Shown in pieces: positions 49,492-60,352 of a stretch of DNA of 64,000 bases (its first letter is position 1; each line of letters opens with the position of its first letter). The translations under genes and the position numbers were made by a program. Below the pieces are notes generated by a model that was given only the letters and a program-made list of their open reading frames with translations, was not told where the DNA came from and ran no database searches. The DNA is from a virus (lineage: Duplodnaviria; Caudoviricetes), in the IMG/VR virus record IMGVR_UViG_3300032007_000014; one strand, given 5' to 3'.

Positions 49492-52110
49492 ATGCGAATG
49501 TTGTCGATAGAACAAAAGGGTTACATGCCGTATACCCACACAGGAACACATTTCTTACACATCGATTTCATGGATCGTGTAACAGCTATCATGTCAAGCA
49601 ATGGATTTGGTAAATCCAGTCTTCTCAGAGAGATCTCTCCATATCCCCCAGTGAGAACAGATTACCAGAAACAAGGATATGTAAAGAAGGTGTTCAAACA
49701 TGATGCACATGTGTACGAACTTGTCAGTGATTTCAAGAACATTTCTTGTCCTCACTCTTTCAAAGAAGATGGAGTTGAACTGAACATCTCCGGTACATCA
49801 GAAACCCAGAGAGATCTGATCGAAGAGAAGTTCGGTATCACTCAGATGATCGAAGATATCATGTCCATGAAGTACCGTATTTGTGATATGAGACCGTCTG
49901 AACGAAAGACTCTATTCTCTGCTATGTATCCATCTGATCTCACCTTTGTCTTGGAGTATCACAAACAGGTGTGTTCTCAGATCAGGACACTCAATAATCA
50001 AATCAAACTCCTTCGTTCTAGAGATACTTCGTTACGTGGAAAACTGATGTCGAAGGAGCAAATTGAGGATCTCAACAAAACACGAGATGATTACAATTAC
50101 ATTGTTAATCTGGCTGACAAACTCAACCTTCTCCTCTCATCCGAGAACGAGAGATTGCAAGCCATGCCGGAGTATCATGCGATGGATTCGCTTTCTGATG
50201 AGGAGATGGAGATCTTTCGCAAATGCAACAACGGGGAAATCCTTGAGGTATTGAACTGGTTGCAAGAGAGGTACAACCTCCTTATCATGAGACATCCTGA
50301 ATTGCATCTGAACAGTGATCTCAATTACAGAGGTCAGATGCTTAATGTGATGACGAATGATCTCAATGACAAAGCAAGAAGAATCAGTGAGGAGAATCAA
50401 CAGAACATTGAGAAGATTAAAACTCTTCGAGATGAATTGGATTACTTTCTCAACTGCAAGAACTCCAACAAGGAAGATGAGAAAGAAGCACTCGAGAAAT
50501 CGATTGTTTATTTCAAAGAACAGATCAGGAGACTTGGTGATGTAGATGAAACAGACTACATTATTCCTGAGGATAGATTGGAACGAGTGTCTTCATTAGT
50601 CATTCCAGAGATAACAACTCTGTGCACTGAACTTCATCAGTATGCAGGAAAGCTGAAGACAGCTCAAGAAATCCAATCTATGCGAAAGGATGTCGAAGCA
50701 ACTTCAACTTTGCTCTCATCAGCAAGAGATGCTGAGTTGAAAGTACAAGCAAGAATTGATCAATTGGATGGAAGATTATTCCAATTGAAATCAAAAGGAT
50801 ATCCTGCTGATTGCATGAGAGGGTGTGGTATTCGTGAGTCATTAGCAAAGATGATTCAAGATACTGAAGAACAGTCGAAGTATTATAAGTCTGAATTGAA
50901 GAAAGTTCAGACTCAGATCATTGACTGTCAGAACTCCATAAATGCAACGAAAAATGCATTGCAAGCGCCTTCCCTTGCATTGCCAATAATTGAGCGACTC
51001 TGGGGTATTTTATCAAGGGAAAACCTTGGTGATTTTGTTCTTAAAGGAGGAACTTTCATTTCCTTCTTAAATGACTATTGCACGGAATTGCCCAATATCA
51101 TCACGAAGTTGTATGTGAAAAGCAATTCATTCTGGACAAAGAAAAGTTATCTGAGAGATCTATCATTAGCTGAAGGGAAACTGGAGACACTCCAGAATGC
51201 TGAGAAAGCAATGATGTCAATTGAAGTGATCAATCATGCGATTGCTGAAAGAGAACATCAGTTGTCAGATCTTCACAGAAAGCTTGTTCTGTTCTCACAA
51301 CAGATGGAGAATATTGCTTCTAAGAAGGAAGCAATTGCTAACATGCAAGGATGTGTGACAGACATGATGATCACGATTGATACTGTGATGAGTGCAATCA
51401 ATTACAACAAGTTGAGAACACGAGTTGCGTTCAATGAGAAGATTATCAGTGAACACACTGCTGTTAAGAATGAGTTGAACAGAAGACTTCGTGAGATTGA
51501 GACATCGATCTCTGAACAGAAGAATCTACACGCAATCGTGGAACAAGAGATCGAACCAACTCTCAAAGTTCTTGAATCTGATCTGATAAAATGGGAATCT
51601 GTTGAGTTCGGATTGTCTCCGACTAAAGGTCTTCCATTCATTTATCTTGTCAGGTTCATTAACAGGTTGATCAGTCACGTCAATCGTTACATCAAAGAAG
51701 TTTGGTGTTACGATATGGAACTTGTGTATCTGAAAGAAAGTGATAACCTTGATTTTGGAATACAAGTTCTCATCAACAAGAGCAGCATCGTCAAAGATAT
51801 CAGCATCTGTTCTGATGGACAGAAAGCTATCATCAATCTGGCGATGACACTGGCCATATCCAAAGAACGAGGATTTGGGACAAAGTTCCCTCTCAAATTG
51901 GATGAAGTGGATGCTCCACTGACCGATGAACATAGAACCAATCTTGTGGCTATGCTGTCAAGATTGGTGGAAGTTGGAGAGATCGCACAGTTGTTCTTAG
52001 TGAATCACTTCGTCATCCATTCAGGTATGTCACACTGTGAAACTGTGTGTCTGTCTACAGATGGCATTGTGGTTCCTAATGTATTCAACGAACACGTTCA
52101 AATTGCATAA
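49492..52110 (+). CDS. sbcC: SbcC/Rad50-like SMC ATPase
   Basis: Walker A NGFGKSS, long coiled coil with central CMRGC, signature CSDGQ, Walker B LDEVD, NH switch. Confidence 0.88.
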   Translation: MRMLSIEQKGYMPYTHTGTHFLHIDFMDRVTAIMSSNGFGKSSLLREISPYPPVRTDYQKQGYVKKVFKHDAHVYELVSDFKNISCPHSFKEDGVELNISGTSETQRDLIEEKFGITQMIEDIMSMKYRICDMRPSERKTLFSAMYPSDLTFVLEYHKQVCSQIRTLNNQIKLLRSRDTSLRGKLMSKEQIEDLNKTRDDYNYIVNLADKLNLLLSSENERLQAMPEYHAMDSLSDEEMEIFRKCNNGEILEVLNWLQERYNLLIMRHPELHLNSDLNYRGQMLNVMTNDLNDKARRISEENQQNIEKIKTLRDELDYFLNCKNSNKEDEKEALEKSIVYFKEQIRRLGDVDETDYIIPEDRLERVSSLVIPEITTLCTELHQYAGKLKTAQEIQSMRKDVEATSTLLSSARDAELKVQARIDQLDGRLFQLKSKGYPADCMRGCGIRESLAKMIQDTEEQSKYYKSELKKVQTQIIDCQNSINATKNALQAPSLALPIIERLWGILSRENLGDFVLKGGTFISFLNDYCTELPNIITKLYVKSNSFWTKKSYLRDLSLAEGKLETLQNAEKAMMSIEVINHAIAEREHQLSDLHRKLVLFSQQMENIASKKEAIANMQGCVTDMMITIDTVMSAINYNKLRTRVAFNEKIISEHTAVKNELNRRLREIETSISEQKNLHAIVEQEIEPTLKVLESDLIKWESVEFGLSPTKGLPFIYLVRFINRLISHVNRYIKEVWCYDMELVYLKESDNLDFGIQVLINKSSIVKDISICSDGQKAIINLAMTLAISKERGFGTKFPLKLDEVDAPLTDEHRTNLVAMLSRLVEVGEIAQLFLVNHFVIHSGMSHCETVCLSTDGIVVPNVFNEHVQIA

Positions 52111-52111
52111 C

Positions 52112-52147
52112 GTTAAGAGGACTGTCATTACTGACAGTCCTCTTAAC
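52112..52147. terminator. Bidirectional hairpin
   Basis: GTTAAGAGGACTGTCA-ttac-TGACAGTCCTCTTAAC. Confidence 0.7.
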
Positions 52148-52158
52148 TAACTTTTCTT

Positions 52159-53061
52159 TTATTCATATCGATTGTAAACAATCTTGTCCTTTTCAACAGA
52201 GAATGCGAATGCAACACATTCACCCTTGTAGTGAATTGTCACAATGTTATCTTCGAACACAAAAGACATACTCTCTTCATCTTCTTTGTCATTGACATAA
52301 CGATAGACGGAGAATATGTCTTTTTCAGAACGATTGGGAAGAAGTACGGTGTATCTTATATTTGTTTTGAATGTCCCACCACAAGTCACCTCGACTGTAT
52401 GATTGGTACATCCTCTCATGCAAACGACATGTTCCATATTTTCATTATGGAAAACCGCAGCCGCATTGAAGCGATCTGCAAACAAAGAAAGATCACCACA
52501 TGTGAAATCTTTGATGCCATCCAGAAAACTGTATTTTGTGACCTCATGAAGTAGCAAAGAGATAACGATTTGCTTCTTCATGAAGTTGGAAACTCCTTTC
52601 CAATTCTCATGATCATAAGAAACTTCCATTCCGAATGATTCGAACAAGAAAGATTTTCCATTGGGTTTGTGAGTGACAGTGTCGACAGACACAAAACATC
52701 TTCCAGATGCTGACAGTTGACTGCACAGCATACGACCAGCACCACACGCCGAATATACAAACTGCATACCTGGAATAAGGTCACATGTTGCAGTCAGTTG
52801 CCCGTTTTCTTCAACGAGGACGAAAGCATATTCTTTTCCATCACAGTGAACGACAGCTTTATCATTTCCATCCTCTTCTTCGATATGGTCAATCTGAATG
52901 ACCTTATCATTGTCAGTGAAAATGAAAGTACGAATGTTGTCACTGAAAATTTCTTTCTGTTCTGAAAGCATGGAACTTATCTGACGAGAGTACCCACCGA
53001 GTCCGTATCCTACAGAACAACCGAGTGAGATGCTCGCAAATAACGAGAGATTATTGAACAT
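52159..53061 (-). CDS. Hypothetical beta-rich protein
   Basis: ~300 aa from the Met at 53061. Confidence 0.5.
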   Translation of the reverse strand: MFNNLSLFASISLGCSVGYGLGGYSRQISSMLSEQKEIFSDNIRTFIFTDNDKVIQIDHIEEEDGNDKAVVHCDGKEYAFVLVEENGQLTATCDLIPGMQFVYSACGAGRMLCSQLSASGRCFVSVDTVTHKPNGKSFLFESFGMEVSYDHENWKGVSNFMKKQIVISLLLHEVTKYSFLDGIKDFTCGDLSLFADRFNAAAVFHNENMEHVVCMRGCTNHTVEVTCGGTFKTNIRYTVLLPNRSEKDIFSVYRYVNDKEDEESMSFVFEDNIVTIHYKGECVAFAFSVEKDKIVYNRYE

Positions 53062-53189
53062 TGTTCGTTCCTTGAGTTTAAATTTTTTAAGTAAGGGCCT
53101 ATAGAAAAGAACGACCAATTTTTGATCATTTACCGGCTTTTCACAAGCATATTATGTTAAACTAACTAATTTTGACAGGAGATAAAATC

Positions 53190-54011
53190 ATGGCTCAAGC
53201 GATAAATGTCGTCTACAATACAGTGCTTGCAGAGATCCCTCCACAGATCTTGCAGATGGCAATGTATGTAGCCAATAAGCACTTTCGAGTCTGCAACAAT
53301 GTGCAAGAATTCATCATGCAAAAGATCATCCGAGAACGTGTTCTTGATGATCTGAATCTGACTGGGGGAAAGTTCAAGAAATTCGTTCTCAAGTCAGAGT
53401 ATCATGAGAAGACAACTCTTGATATGCAAGGCTGGGCTGGTGATGATGGTGGATATGATCTATACCGCATTCCTCCGGAAGTGCGCGACAATCTTCCGAT
53501 GATTCATTGTCTCAGCGTTCAGTTCCCATATGCTTCATCCAGTGTGAATGGAGAAGGTTCACTTGCTGTGAATAACGCGGGTTATGATTTGATATCTCAA
53601 TCAGATCAGATCCTCAACTCATACACTCTTGCAAGACCTCTCAATCATCCAGTTGGACAGGTTCTCTCTGGAGATCTTTTGAAACTCTGGCCTTCTCAGT
53701 ACGGATTCACTGGATTCGTTGTTACTGTGAGACTTGCACTTGATGAGACATTCGAACAGGTCCAACCATCCGCAACCGAAGCACTTGCTGAGCTGGTTAC
53801 GCTTGCAACCAAAGCATGGATTTACAACAATCTCATCATTGACATCGATCGTGCTGCAATGGAATGCGGTGCTGACATTGGAAAGATCAAAGAAGAGATT
53901 GAGAACTACAGAGATGCGAATAACATGTACAAGGAAGCCAAACCGAAATGGTTCGCTGCGCAGCAGTTGGATTCCGACATGAGACAGCGTCTCTATCAGT
54001 ATTCACTTTGA
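53190..54011 (+). CDS. Putative virion structural protein
   Basis: ~273 aa from ATG 53190 (SD AGGAG); resembles conserved phiKZ-like virion proteins as recalled. Confidence 0.5.
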   Translation: MAQAINVVYNTVLAEIPPQILQMAMYVANKHFRVCNNVQEFIMQKIIRERVLDDLNLTGGKFKKFVLKSEYHEKTTLDMQGWAGDDGGYDLYRIPPEVRDNLPMIHCLSVQFPYASSSVNGEGSLAVNNAGYDLISQSDQILNSYTLARPLNHPVGQVLSGDLLKLWPSQYGFTGFVVTVRLALDETFEQVQPSATEALAELVTLATKAWIYNNLIIDIDRAAMECGADIGKIKEEIENYRDANNMYKEAKPKWFAAQQLDSDMRQRLYQYSL

Positions 54012-54022
54012 CGAACAAATAC

Positions 54023-54059
54023 CTCACACAGGAGAGTCGCAATGACTCTCCTGTGTGAG
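54023..54059. terminator. Bidirectional hairpin
   Basis: CTCACACAGGAGAGTC-gcaat-GACTCTCCTGTGTGAG. Confidence 0.7.
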
Positions 54060-54110
54060 CAAATTACTCGTACTGATATCTGGACAGAATAAACACAATC
54101 TAACCTTCGA

Positions 54111-55364
54111 TCAATCGTAATCGAAAGTGAGCATAATGATGTACACGATAAAAGCGATCTTCAGTGAAGCTTTTGTGCTATCTCGACTTGAGATCTTCGT
54201 CAGTTCGACGAGATGTTCGACACTGTCTTTGATTCTCAAGATATTCGGATCGTTGATTCGTGATGATCTGTATGTGTTCCTGACCTTCTCAAGGATGGCG
54301 AGTCTTGATTTGAGATTCACCTTCTCCATGATACACAGTCTATAAGATCGTTGTATGATCTCTGTGATCAGGATGCGATATCCGATCAGATACCGACCAG
54401 TCTTATCGATCTCATCCTGTTTCTGTTTCTGATATTGTACAACAGCTTGGTTGCTGAAGAACATGAGAAGAGTTCTCATCATATCAGGTCTGATATTCGG
54501 GATGAGTTTGACAACAATCTTGACTATGTCATTTCGGATGAACTGATTGGCGTTGAGTGACTTGTTGCAGATAACAGAGATCACGTTGTCGAGAGACCCA
54601 GTCAGTTCTTTGACGATCTTCTCACCATCAACATCATCCGTTGTCATGGTTGTAGATGCGATCTTCTTCCCTTCTTCCAATGTCTTATAGTATTCAAGAA
54701 CCACAAGTTTGATCTTGGTACGAAGACGAGTCTGTACATCTGACAACACATAGACAATCTTCTGGTCTGGTGTGAAGTTAACAATCGTGTGGTAATGGAT
54801 GTTGTTGTCCTTAGAGCAAAGTTCTCTTGCTCTCGCTTCCATGATCAACTTCCAAGTATTGGTCTCCTTGTTGACGATGTCATACTTTGCAGAAAGACCA
54901 TCCAGAGTTGCCTGCATGACATCAGGATTTGGTTTGTATGGAAGCATATGGTTCACGATGGATGAGAAGAACTTGTACTGAAGCATCTTCCACAGAGCAA
55001 AGCATCCATCATACTTGAGATTGTTAGGAAGATTGCTCTTAGTGATACAATGCGCCATGTAAACAGTGAACACATTGTACACATCAGAAGACACCTTGAA
55101 GTCTTTGTTCAATCCAGACTGGGAGATCATGTCTGCAAATTCAGACCGATCAATTTCGAACGCATCAAACACAGCTCTTTGATCTTTGTCAAAAAAATGA
55201 ATCTTATTCACACCAAGCATGGGTGAATTCAAAGCTTCAACATGATCATCACGCACTTCATAGAGAGTGCAGATTCTCACGAGCTGATCTATCATGCGTC
55301 GAGTTATGGTTATGTTGAAACGCTCCATACAGAGCTGTTTCAGAGATAACTTGACGTTTGGCAT
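54111..55364 (-). CDS. Conserved phiKZ-like (probably virion) protein
   Basis: ~417 aa from ATG 55364 (SD AAGGAG); helical; QYKFFSSIV and DVQTRLR segments. Confidence 0.55.
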   Translation of the reverse strand: MPNVKLSLKQLCMERFNITITRRMIDQLVRICTLYEVRDDHVEALNSPMLGVNKIHFFDKDQRAVFDAFEIDRSEFADMISQSGLNKDFKVSSDVYNVFTVYMAHCITKSNLPNNLKYDGCFALWKMLQYKFFSSIVNHMLPYKPNPDVMQATLDGLSAKYDIVNKETNTWKLIMEARARELCSKDNNIHYHTIVNFTPDQKIVYVLSDVQTRLRTKIKLVVLEYYKTLEEGKKIASTTMTTDDVDGEKIVKELTGSLDNVISVICNKSLNANQFIRNDIVKIVVKLIPNIRPDMMRTLLMFFSNQAVVQYQKQKQDEIDKTGRYLIGYRILITEIIQRSYRLCIMEKVNLKSRLAILEKVRNTYRSSRINDPNILRIKDSVEHLVELTKISSRDSTKASLKIAFIVYIIMLTFDYD

Positions 55365-55755
55365 AAGGATTCTCCTTGTATACAAATTGCATAAAATGGT
55401 TTTTAAACAAAAAATAAACGCTGGTGGATCAGCGTTCACTTGAAGAGGGTTCATAACAAAATACAGAGATAGGATATTCCTATGAAAGGAATGCTGCTCT
55501 GTATCTTGCAAATCTATCAGTGAGAGATCTCAGCTCGGTTTGTGAGGCTTCGCCGAGATATTTCTCAACTGAACAAATTTTGTTCAATTGTTTCTTACGA
55601 AACTCTTGAACTAAGTTGTTCAACTTGCTCATACACACACCTCCTTTCTGGCACCACAGCTGATCCACCAGTTGTGGTGCTGCTTTTAAAAAATAAAAGA
55701 GAAGAAGAGCAGGGACTCTGGGCGGCGCCGCCCAGAGTCCCACCTCATGACGATG

Positions 55756-55971
55756 TTACGCCTCTGCGGTTTCCGTCGCGGCGTCGGCCGCGGTGTGGGC
55801 ATGCTTCCAGAGCATGCCGAGACCGGCGCCGATGACGGCGATGCCGACGATGATGCCGCACCACTTCGCGGTGGTCTTCCAGCTGAAGCTCTGCTCGGCC
55901 TGCGGCTGCTGCTGTTCGGCGTTGTTGTTCTCGGGGTTCACGTTGGCGTTGGTGGTTTCGTTGGTATCCAT
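55756..55971 (-). CDS. Small single-TM protein with GC-rich codons
   Basis: 71 aa, SD AGGAGG, WCGIIVGIAVIGAGLGMLW, followed by a hairpin plus T-rich tract. Confidence 0.6.
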   Translation of the reverse strand: MDTNETTNANVNPENNNAEQQQPQAEQSFSWKTTAKWCGIIVGIAVIGAGLGMLWKHAHTAADAATETAEA

Positions 55972-56120
55972 GGTTAATCCTCCTATGGTTGGTTGTTGAA
56001 ACACCGTGAAGAACGGTACACCGTATATCGTTCTTCACCCAAATAATTTATATTTGAACAAAGTTGAAATACACTAAATACACCATGTGGCCTTCATAGC
56101 CACATGGTGTACTTCTCTAT

Positions 56121-58226
56121 TCACAGTGCTTTGTATAGATCAACAACAGAATAGTTTCTGTTTCTCTTCGCTTCAGTGATCGCACCTTTATCAACTTGTT
56201 CCAAAGGTTTGATCGTATCATCAATGATATCTTCATCACCGATGATATCCATCAACTTATTCAGTTCTCTCTGATGTGCTTGCTTGACAATGATGTTCAC
56301 ATCTCTGTCAATCAATTTACGAAGTTCAACAATTCTTGCTTTCGCAAGTTTCTTCTGTCGTTTCTCTTCAGCTTCGATCTCATTTCCATTGGCTTCGATA
56401 TTGCACATGAATTCATCAGGACCAATTCCATAGAGTTGGTGGTTCCTTCCAAACAGAATGAAATAACAAGCCAACAGATAAGAGATGAACAAGTCATCAT
56501 GTCCTTGTTCAGAGTGATCCACTCGTCCATTCTTCATGGTAAGACCACAGATCTCATCAATGAGACTGTTGTCATACAGTCTGGTTACATTCAGTTTCAG
56601 TGCTGTCATCATGACTGTTCCATACAGGAATTCACGTGACGTTGCTGACTTGGATGTATTGAATCCAAATTCTTTACGAACAGTTCCAGATCCATAATCA
56701 AGATTCTTCACATTCGTATCCTGAGTATAGTTCTGGAAATAACTGTTGTAGATCCTCTGTAATGGATTGAATGTTTCTCTCCTTGTCTCGGCAAAGATGA
56801 AGTCCAACAACATAGCACCGTTCTTGTTACGTTCAGGAATGAAGATACTTCTTGGAAAATCCTTCATGAACTTCAAGATACATCTTGCAACAAATGCAAG
56901 GTTGGTTGTATTGCATTTGAACGTTGCAACCGTGTGCATGTCATAGGGATCCAACATACAGAATGATGTAAAGTCTCGTCCAACATTGTCGGATGTATCA
57001 CATGCCATGACGTAAGGACGGTCTTTATACAACGAATCCAATGTCAGAATCTTCGGATTGTCATACCAACGAATAGCGAGAGATTCGTAGTATGTAACAG
57101 TGAGTGGATCCTTTCTCGAACACTGAAGTTGATCGAGCAAATCCTTCGGGAATATCGATCCTTCGGAACCATGCAACCATTGGTTCATGTAGTCTTTAGC
57201 AACTGTCTTTGGATCTTTATTTGCTGTGTTCTTCTCGAACCATTCATCACTCTTACCAAGCTGTTTGTGGTTGAACTCAATGTAAACCATGTTGTTCTTG
57301 GAGTTCAATCTGATCATAGACATAAGGTCTTCACGATCCTTGCAATCGTAGAAATGTTCCGTGAATCGGATGGCTTTACAAACCATACGATATGCTTCTC
57401 TTCCACGAGGATCATCGATATCACCAGCAGTTGATGTGATGATGGTTGCTGAAGGAAGACCTGCTTTCAACGCCTGTTCACCTGCTGCGGACATGGCTGC
57501 AGATGCCGCAGGGAATGACTTATCTATGTTGTCATAGTACACAATCTCATCCCAGTGTTGTACAGCATGAGATTGACCACGAGCTTGATCACCTGCAGCA
57601 ATCTTATCAGATTGTGCAACGAAGGTTATAAGTGAGTTCTGTAGTTCTGCAAATGTCACACCTTCCTTATTGTTGGTATCAGCTAGTGTCTGATGGACCA
57701 ACCAGGGAGGAAGTGCATCACGTATTTTCTTAAGACGATCCACGTTCTCAGACTGGAGTTTCAACCCTTTGCAGAACATACCCCAGTTACAGTTATAAGC
57801 ACCAATATACAGATACCAGACAGTAAGCACCATTGTACCGATCGTCTTACCAATCTGTCGTGGCATACACTGGAATCCGTCAATACTGTTGAAGAACACC
57901 CAAGCTTGCGCTAAGTTAGATCTGTTCAAAATGTAAGGAGATCCACCAGAACCTTGTTCAGTGATCCTTACAACTTCTCGTATGAAATACCAAGGATTGA
58001 TCTTGCACTCGTATGCAATACGTTGCTTCAACTCAATGGAGTTATCCTTTAAGTTGTGTGGATCATATCCTTGCAACTCTGGTTGTGTCAATGCCAAGAA
58101 GAAGAATCTGTTATTGATACACATCTTGTTCAAGATCATGCTCATGCGTATGAATGACATGTTCGTTGTGCGTGTATCAACAATAGATCCAGGATACTTA
58201 GCAAAGTCTTCACTAAAAAGAATCAT
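56121..58226 (-). CDS. terL: Terminase large subunit
   Basis: PRQIGKT Walker A, HWDE Walker B, ITSTAG, CDTSDNVGRD, PERN, HDDL nuclease motifs. Confidence 0.92.
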   Translation of the reverse strand: MILFSEDFAKYPGSIVDTRTTNMSFIRMSMILNKMCINNRFFFLALTQPELQGYDPHNLKDNSIELKQRIAYECKINPWYFIREVVRITEQGSGGSPYILNRSNLAQAWVFFNSIDGFQCMPRQIGKTIGTMVLTVWYLYIGAYNCNWGMFCKGLKLQSENVDRLKKIRDALPPWLVHQTLADTNNKEGVTFAELQNSLITFVAQSDKIAAGDQARGQSHAVQHWDEIVYYDNIDKSFPAASAAMSAAGEQALKAGLPSATIITSTAGDIDDPRGREAYRMVCKAIRFTEHFYDCKDREDLMSMIRLNSKNNMVYIEFNHKQLGKSDEWFEKNTANKDPKTVAKDYMNQWLHGSEGSIFPKDLLDQLQCSRKDPLTVTYYESLAIRWYDNPKILTLDSLYKDRPYVMACDTSDNVGRDFTSFCMLDPYDMHTVATFKCNTTNLAFVARCILKFMKDFPRSIFIPERNKNGAMLLDFIFAETRRETFNPLQRIYNSYFQNYTQDTNVKNLDYGSGTVRKEFGFNTSKSATSREFLYGTVMMTALKLNVTRLYDNSLIDEICGLTMKNGRVDHSEQGHDDLFISYLLACYFILFGRNHQLYGIGPDEFMCNIEANGNEIEAEEKRQKKLAKARIVELRKLIDRDVNIIVKQAHQRELNKLMDIIGDEDIIDDTIKPLEQVDKGAITEAKRNRNYSVVDLYKAL

Positions 58227-58352
58227 GGTTCTATTTCCTTTAAGCTATGCATCTGTCTCATTCATACAATATATTGAATCAATAAAAGGTGAACAAACCA
58301 CTGTGGAGGATTGCTCCTCCACAGTGGTCTGCTCGTATAAGTCATATGCTCA

Positions 58353-59156
58353 TCACGCGGCGTTGATCGCCGCTACACGTTTGCGTAACGTTTCACCGTA
58401 CAAGGAGAGGAGTCCTCTTGACACATAAAGATCCTCGAGTTCCTTCTCGGTGAACAACCCACGCTTTGCGATGAAGCTTTTGAACTCTTCCCATGAGGCT
58501 CTCACCTCGAGTACTTTGGCTTCGACATCAGCGGCATCTCCAACAGCTGCTCCACTTGTTTGTTTCAAGCAGATCCAACCACATGGAGATATCCAACATT
58601 CATCGCCTGACAACCAAAGTGCAATTCTACTCATGCTACACAGTGTACCGGCACGCGTGATCACTTTCGCTTTGCAACGATCGATTGCTGACAAGAATGC
58701 ACGGATGCCGTAGGTATTATCCGTACGACCCGTTTCTGCATCGATGGTGATCTCAACAACATCGTTCTCAGTTGCGCTGTCGATAAGACCAACCAAACAA
58801 CCAGTGTACTTGTAGAAATCGTCAGTCAAGATGATTCGAAGATAAGCACATCCATTTGCATCGATTGTACGCGCGACACAAGGAGGCGGCATCTTCTGAT
58901 ATTGTTCCGGAACTCCCGGGACTCCATCACGAACCTCTTGATCATTCACTTCACCAATAAGCGACTCAACAGAGGCGCCTATATCATGTCCATCGGCATC
59001 TTGTTTTTCAAGATCCGATACCTTTGTAAGCATAGCGGAGTCTTCTCCGAACAAACATTCTTCGTAGACTTCGGTGTCCATGGCTTCAGAGACCTGGTGC
59101 GTTGGCACCGCTTCAGTCTTCTTCTGCGGAGCACCACTTTTGTTTATGAAGCGCAT
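58353..59156 (-). CDS. ClpP/crotonase-fold protein, apparently catalytically degenerate
   Basis: Aligns by eye with the neighbouring ClpP-like domain (VEITID...RCKAKVITRAGTLCSMS...SPCGWICLKQ) but has Lys where the catalytic His is expected. Confidence 0.6.
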   Translation of the reverse strand: MRFINKSGAPQKKTEAVPTHQVSEAMDTEVYEECLFGEDSAMLTKVSDLEKQDADGHDIGASVESLIGEVNDQEVRDGVPGVPEQYQKMPPPCVARTIDANGCAYLRIILTDDFYKYTGCLVGLIDSATENDVVEITIDAETGRTDNTYGIRAFLSAIDRCKAKVITRAGTLCSMSRIALWLSGDECWISPCGWICLKQTSGAAVGDAADVEAKVLEVRASWEEFKSFIAKRGLFTEKELEDLYVSRGLLSLYGETLRKRVAAINAA

Positions 59157-59171
59157 TGGAGCCTCCCATGC

Positions 59172-60338
59172 TTATTTCTTTGCAAAATATGCGTCAGCAG
59201 CCCAGGTGTCGTCGACTTCACCGTCTCCATCACCAGAACCCTTGCCGTCGCCTTCGCCTTTTCCAGATCCGGCATCGTCTCCGTCACCGGAGCCTTCTTC
59301 TTTTTCACCGGAACCTTTTTCTCCTTCTCCGGCGTCATCGCCTTCTCCGGAACCTTCGGCTTTCTTGGCTTTGTCAGCGGGAGCGGCAGGCTCTTTTCCA
59401 CCTTCGCCCTCACCTTCACCAGAGCCTTCCCCTTCACCGGATCCAGCACCGTCGCCGTCTCCTTCACCAGGGGTCTGGTTCTTCTTGGCTTTCTTGGACT
59501 TGCACTCATCGCAATCGCAGTCGTCGCCGTGCTCGCCCTTGCCTTCGTCAGGAGTCTGATTCTTCTTCTTGCCGGTGGCTTCGCCGTCACCTTCTCCGGA
59601 GCCTTTTCCATCTCCTTCGCCGGATCCGCCTTCACCACTGCCTTTGCCATCACCGCTTCCGCTGCCTTCACCAGAGCCGGATCCCTTGCCACTGCCAGAT
59701 CCTTCACCTTCGCCAGCGCCACCTTCCTCGGAAAGGATGTGGAGTGCTTCGGTGGAACTCATAGCAGCGAAGAGGCGTCTGCGCATCTGTTCACCGGTGA
59801 TGTAGGTATCCTGTTTGCAAGAAGTGATCTTGGTGTACTCCTCGTTGGTGAGAATACCTGCAGCAACCATGTCTTTCAACAAGCTTTCCATAAACTTCAC
59901 CAATTCTGTTGCTTCTTCTTTGATCTCAGACGAGCGTCCAAATGCTCCATGCGATGTACCATGGAACATGAACTTCGCCCAGGGACCGACTTCACGATTT
60001 TTACCATAGAACCACACTATGGTACCTGCAGATGCAACGAGGCCACTGGCAACAGTGGTCACGTTGGCTTTACATCTCATCATGTAATCGACGAGAAGTT
60101 GTGTTGCGTACACATTGCCACCGGGTGTGTCGATGACAATTCTGATCTCATCGCCAGACTTCGCACGGCCGAGTATATCGAAGACTTCAAGAAACTGTGA
60201 AGTCGCTTCGATGACTCCACACAACTGGATCGTGACCTCTTCGTGGCCATTCGAATCAATTGGTTTCTTGCAGATGATCGGTGGAACTCCGCCGTACGGA
60301 GGTGGCATTTTGATCGGTGAGGTTGCATTGATTTGCAT
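59172..60338 (-). CDS. ClpP-like serine protease with a long G/E/S-rich low-complexity C-terminal tail
   Basis: IDTPGGNV, GLVASAG (Ser), FMFHG (His), DTYIT (Asp). Confidence 0.8.
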   Translation of the reverse strand: MQINATSPIKMPPPYGGVPPIICKKPIDSNGHEEVTIQLCGVIEATSQFLEVFDILGRAKSGDEIRIVIDTPGGNVYATQLLVDYMMRCKANVTTVASGLVASAGTIVWFYGKNREVGPWAKFMFHGTSHGAFGRSSEIKEEATELVKFMESLLKDMVAAGILTNEEYTKITSCKQDTYITGEQMRRRLFAAMSSTEALHILSEEGGAGEGEGSGSGKGSGSGEGSGSGDGKGSGEGGSGEGDGKGSGEGDGEATGKKKNQTPDEGKGEHGDDCDCDECKSKKAKKNQTPGEGDGDGAGSGEGEGSGEGEGEGGKEPAAPADKAKKAEGSGEGDDAGEGEKGSGEKEEGSGDGDDAGSGKGEGDGKGSGDGDGEVDDTWAADAYFAKK

Positions 60339-60352
60339 GGTTAACCTCCCGA

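Noticed and set aside
2052-52110. SbcD and SbcC lying far apart, and a DNA polymerase lacking its C-terminal half
   Set aside because: Both are normal for phiKZ-like phages
58902-60200. 432-aa plus-strand ORF and overlapping Pro/Ser- or Arg-rich ORFs
   Set aside because: Alternative frames of the low-complexity repeat in the ClpP-like gene
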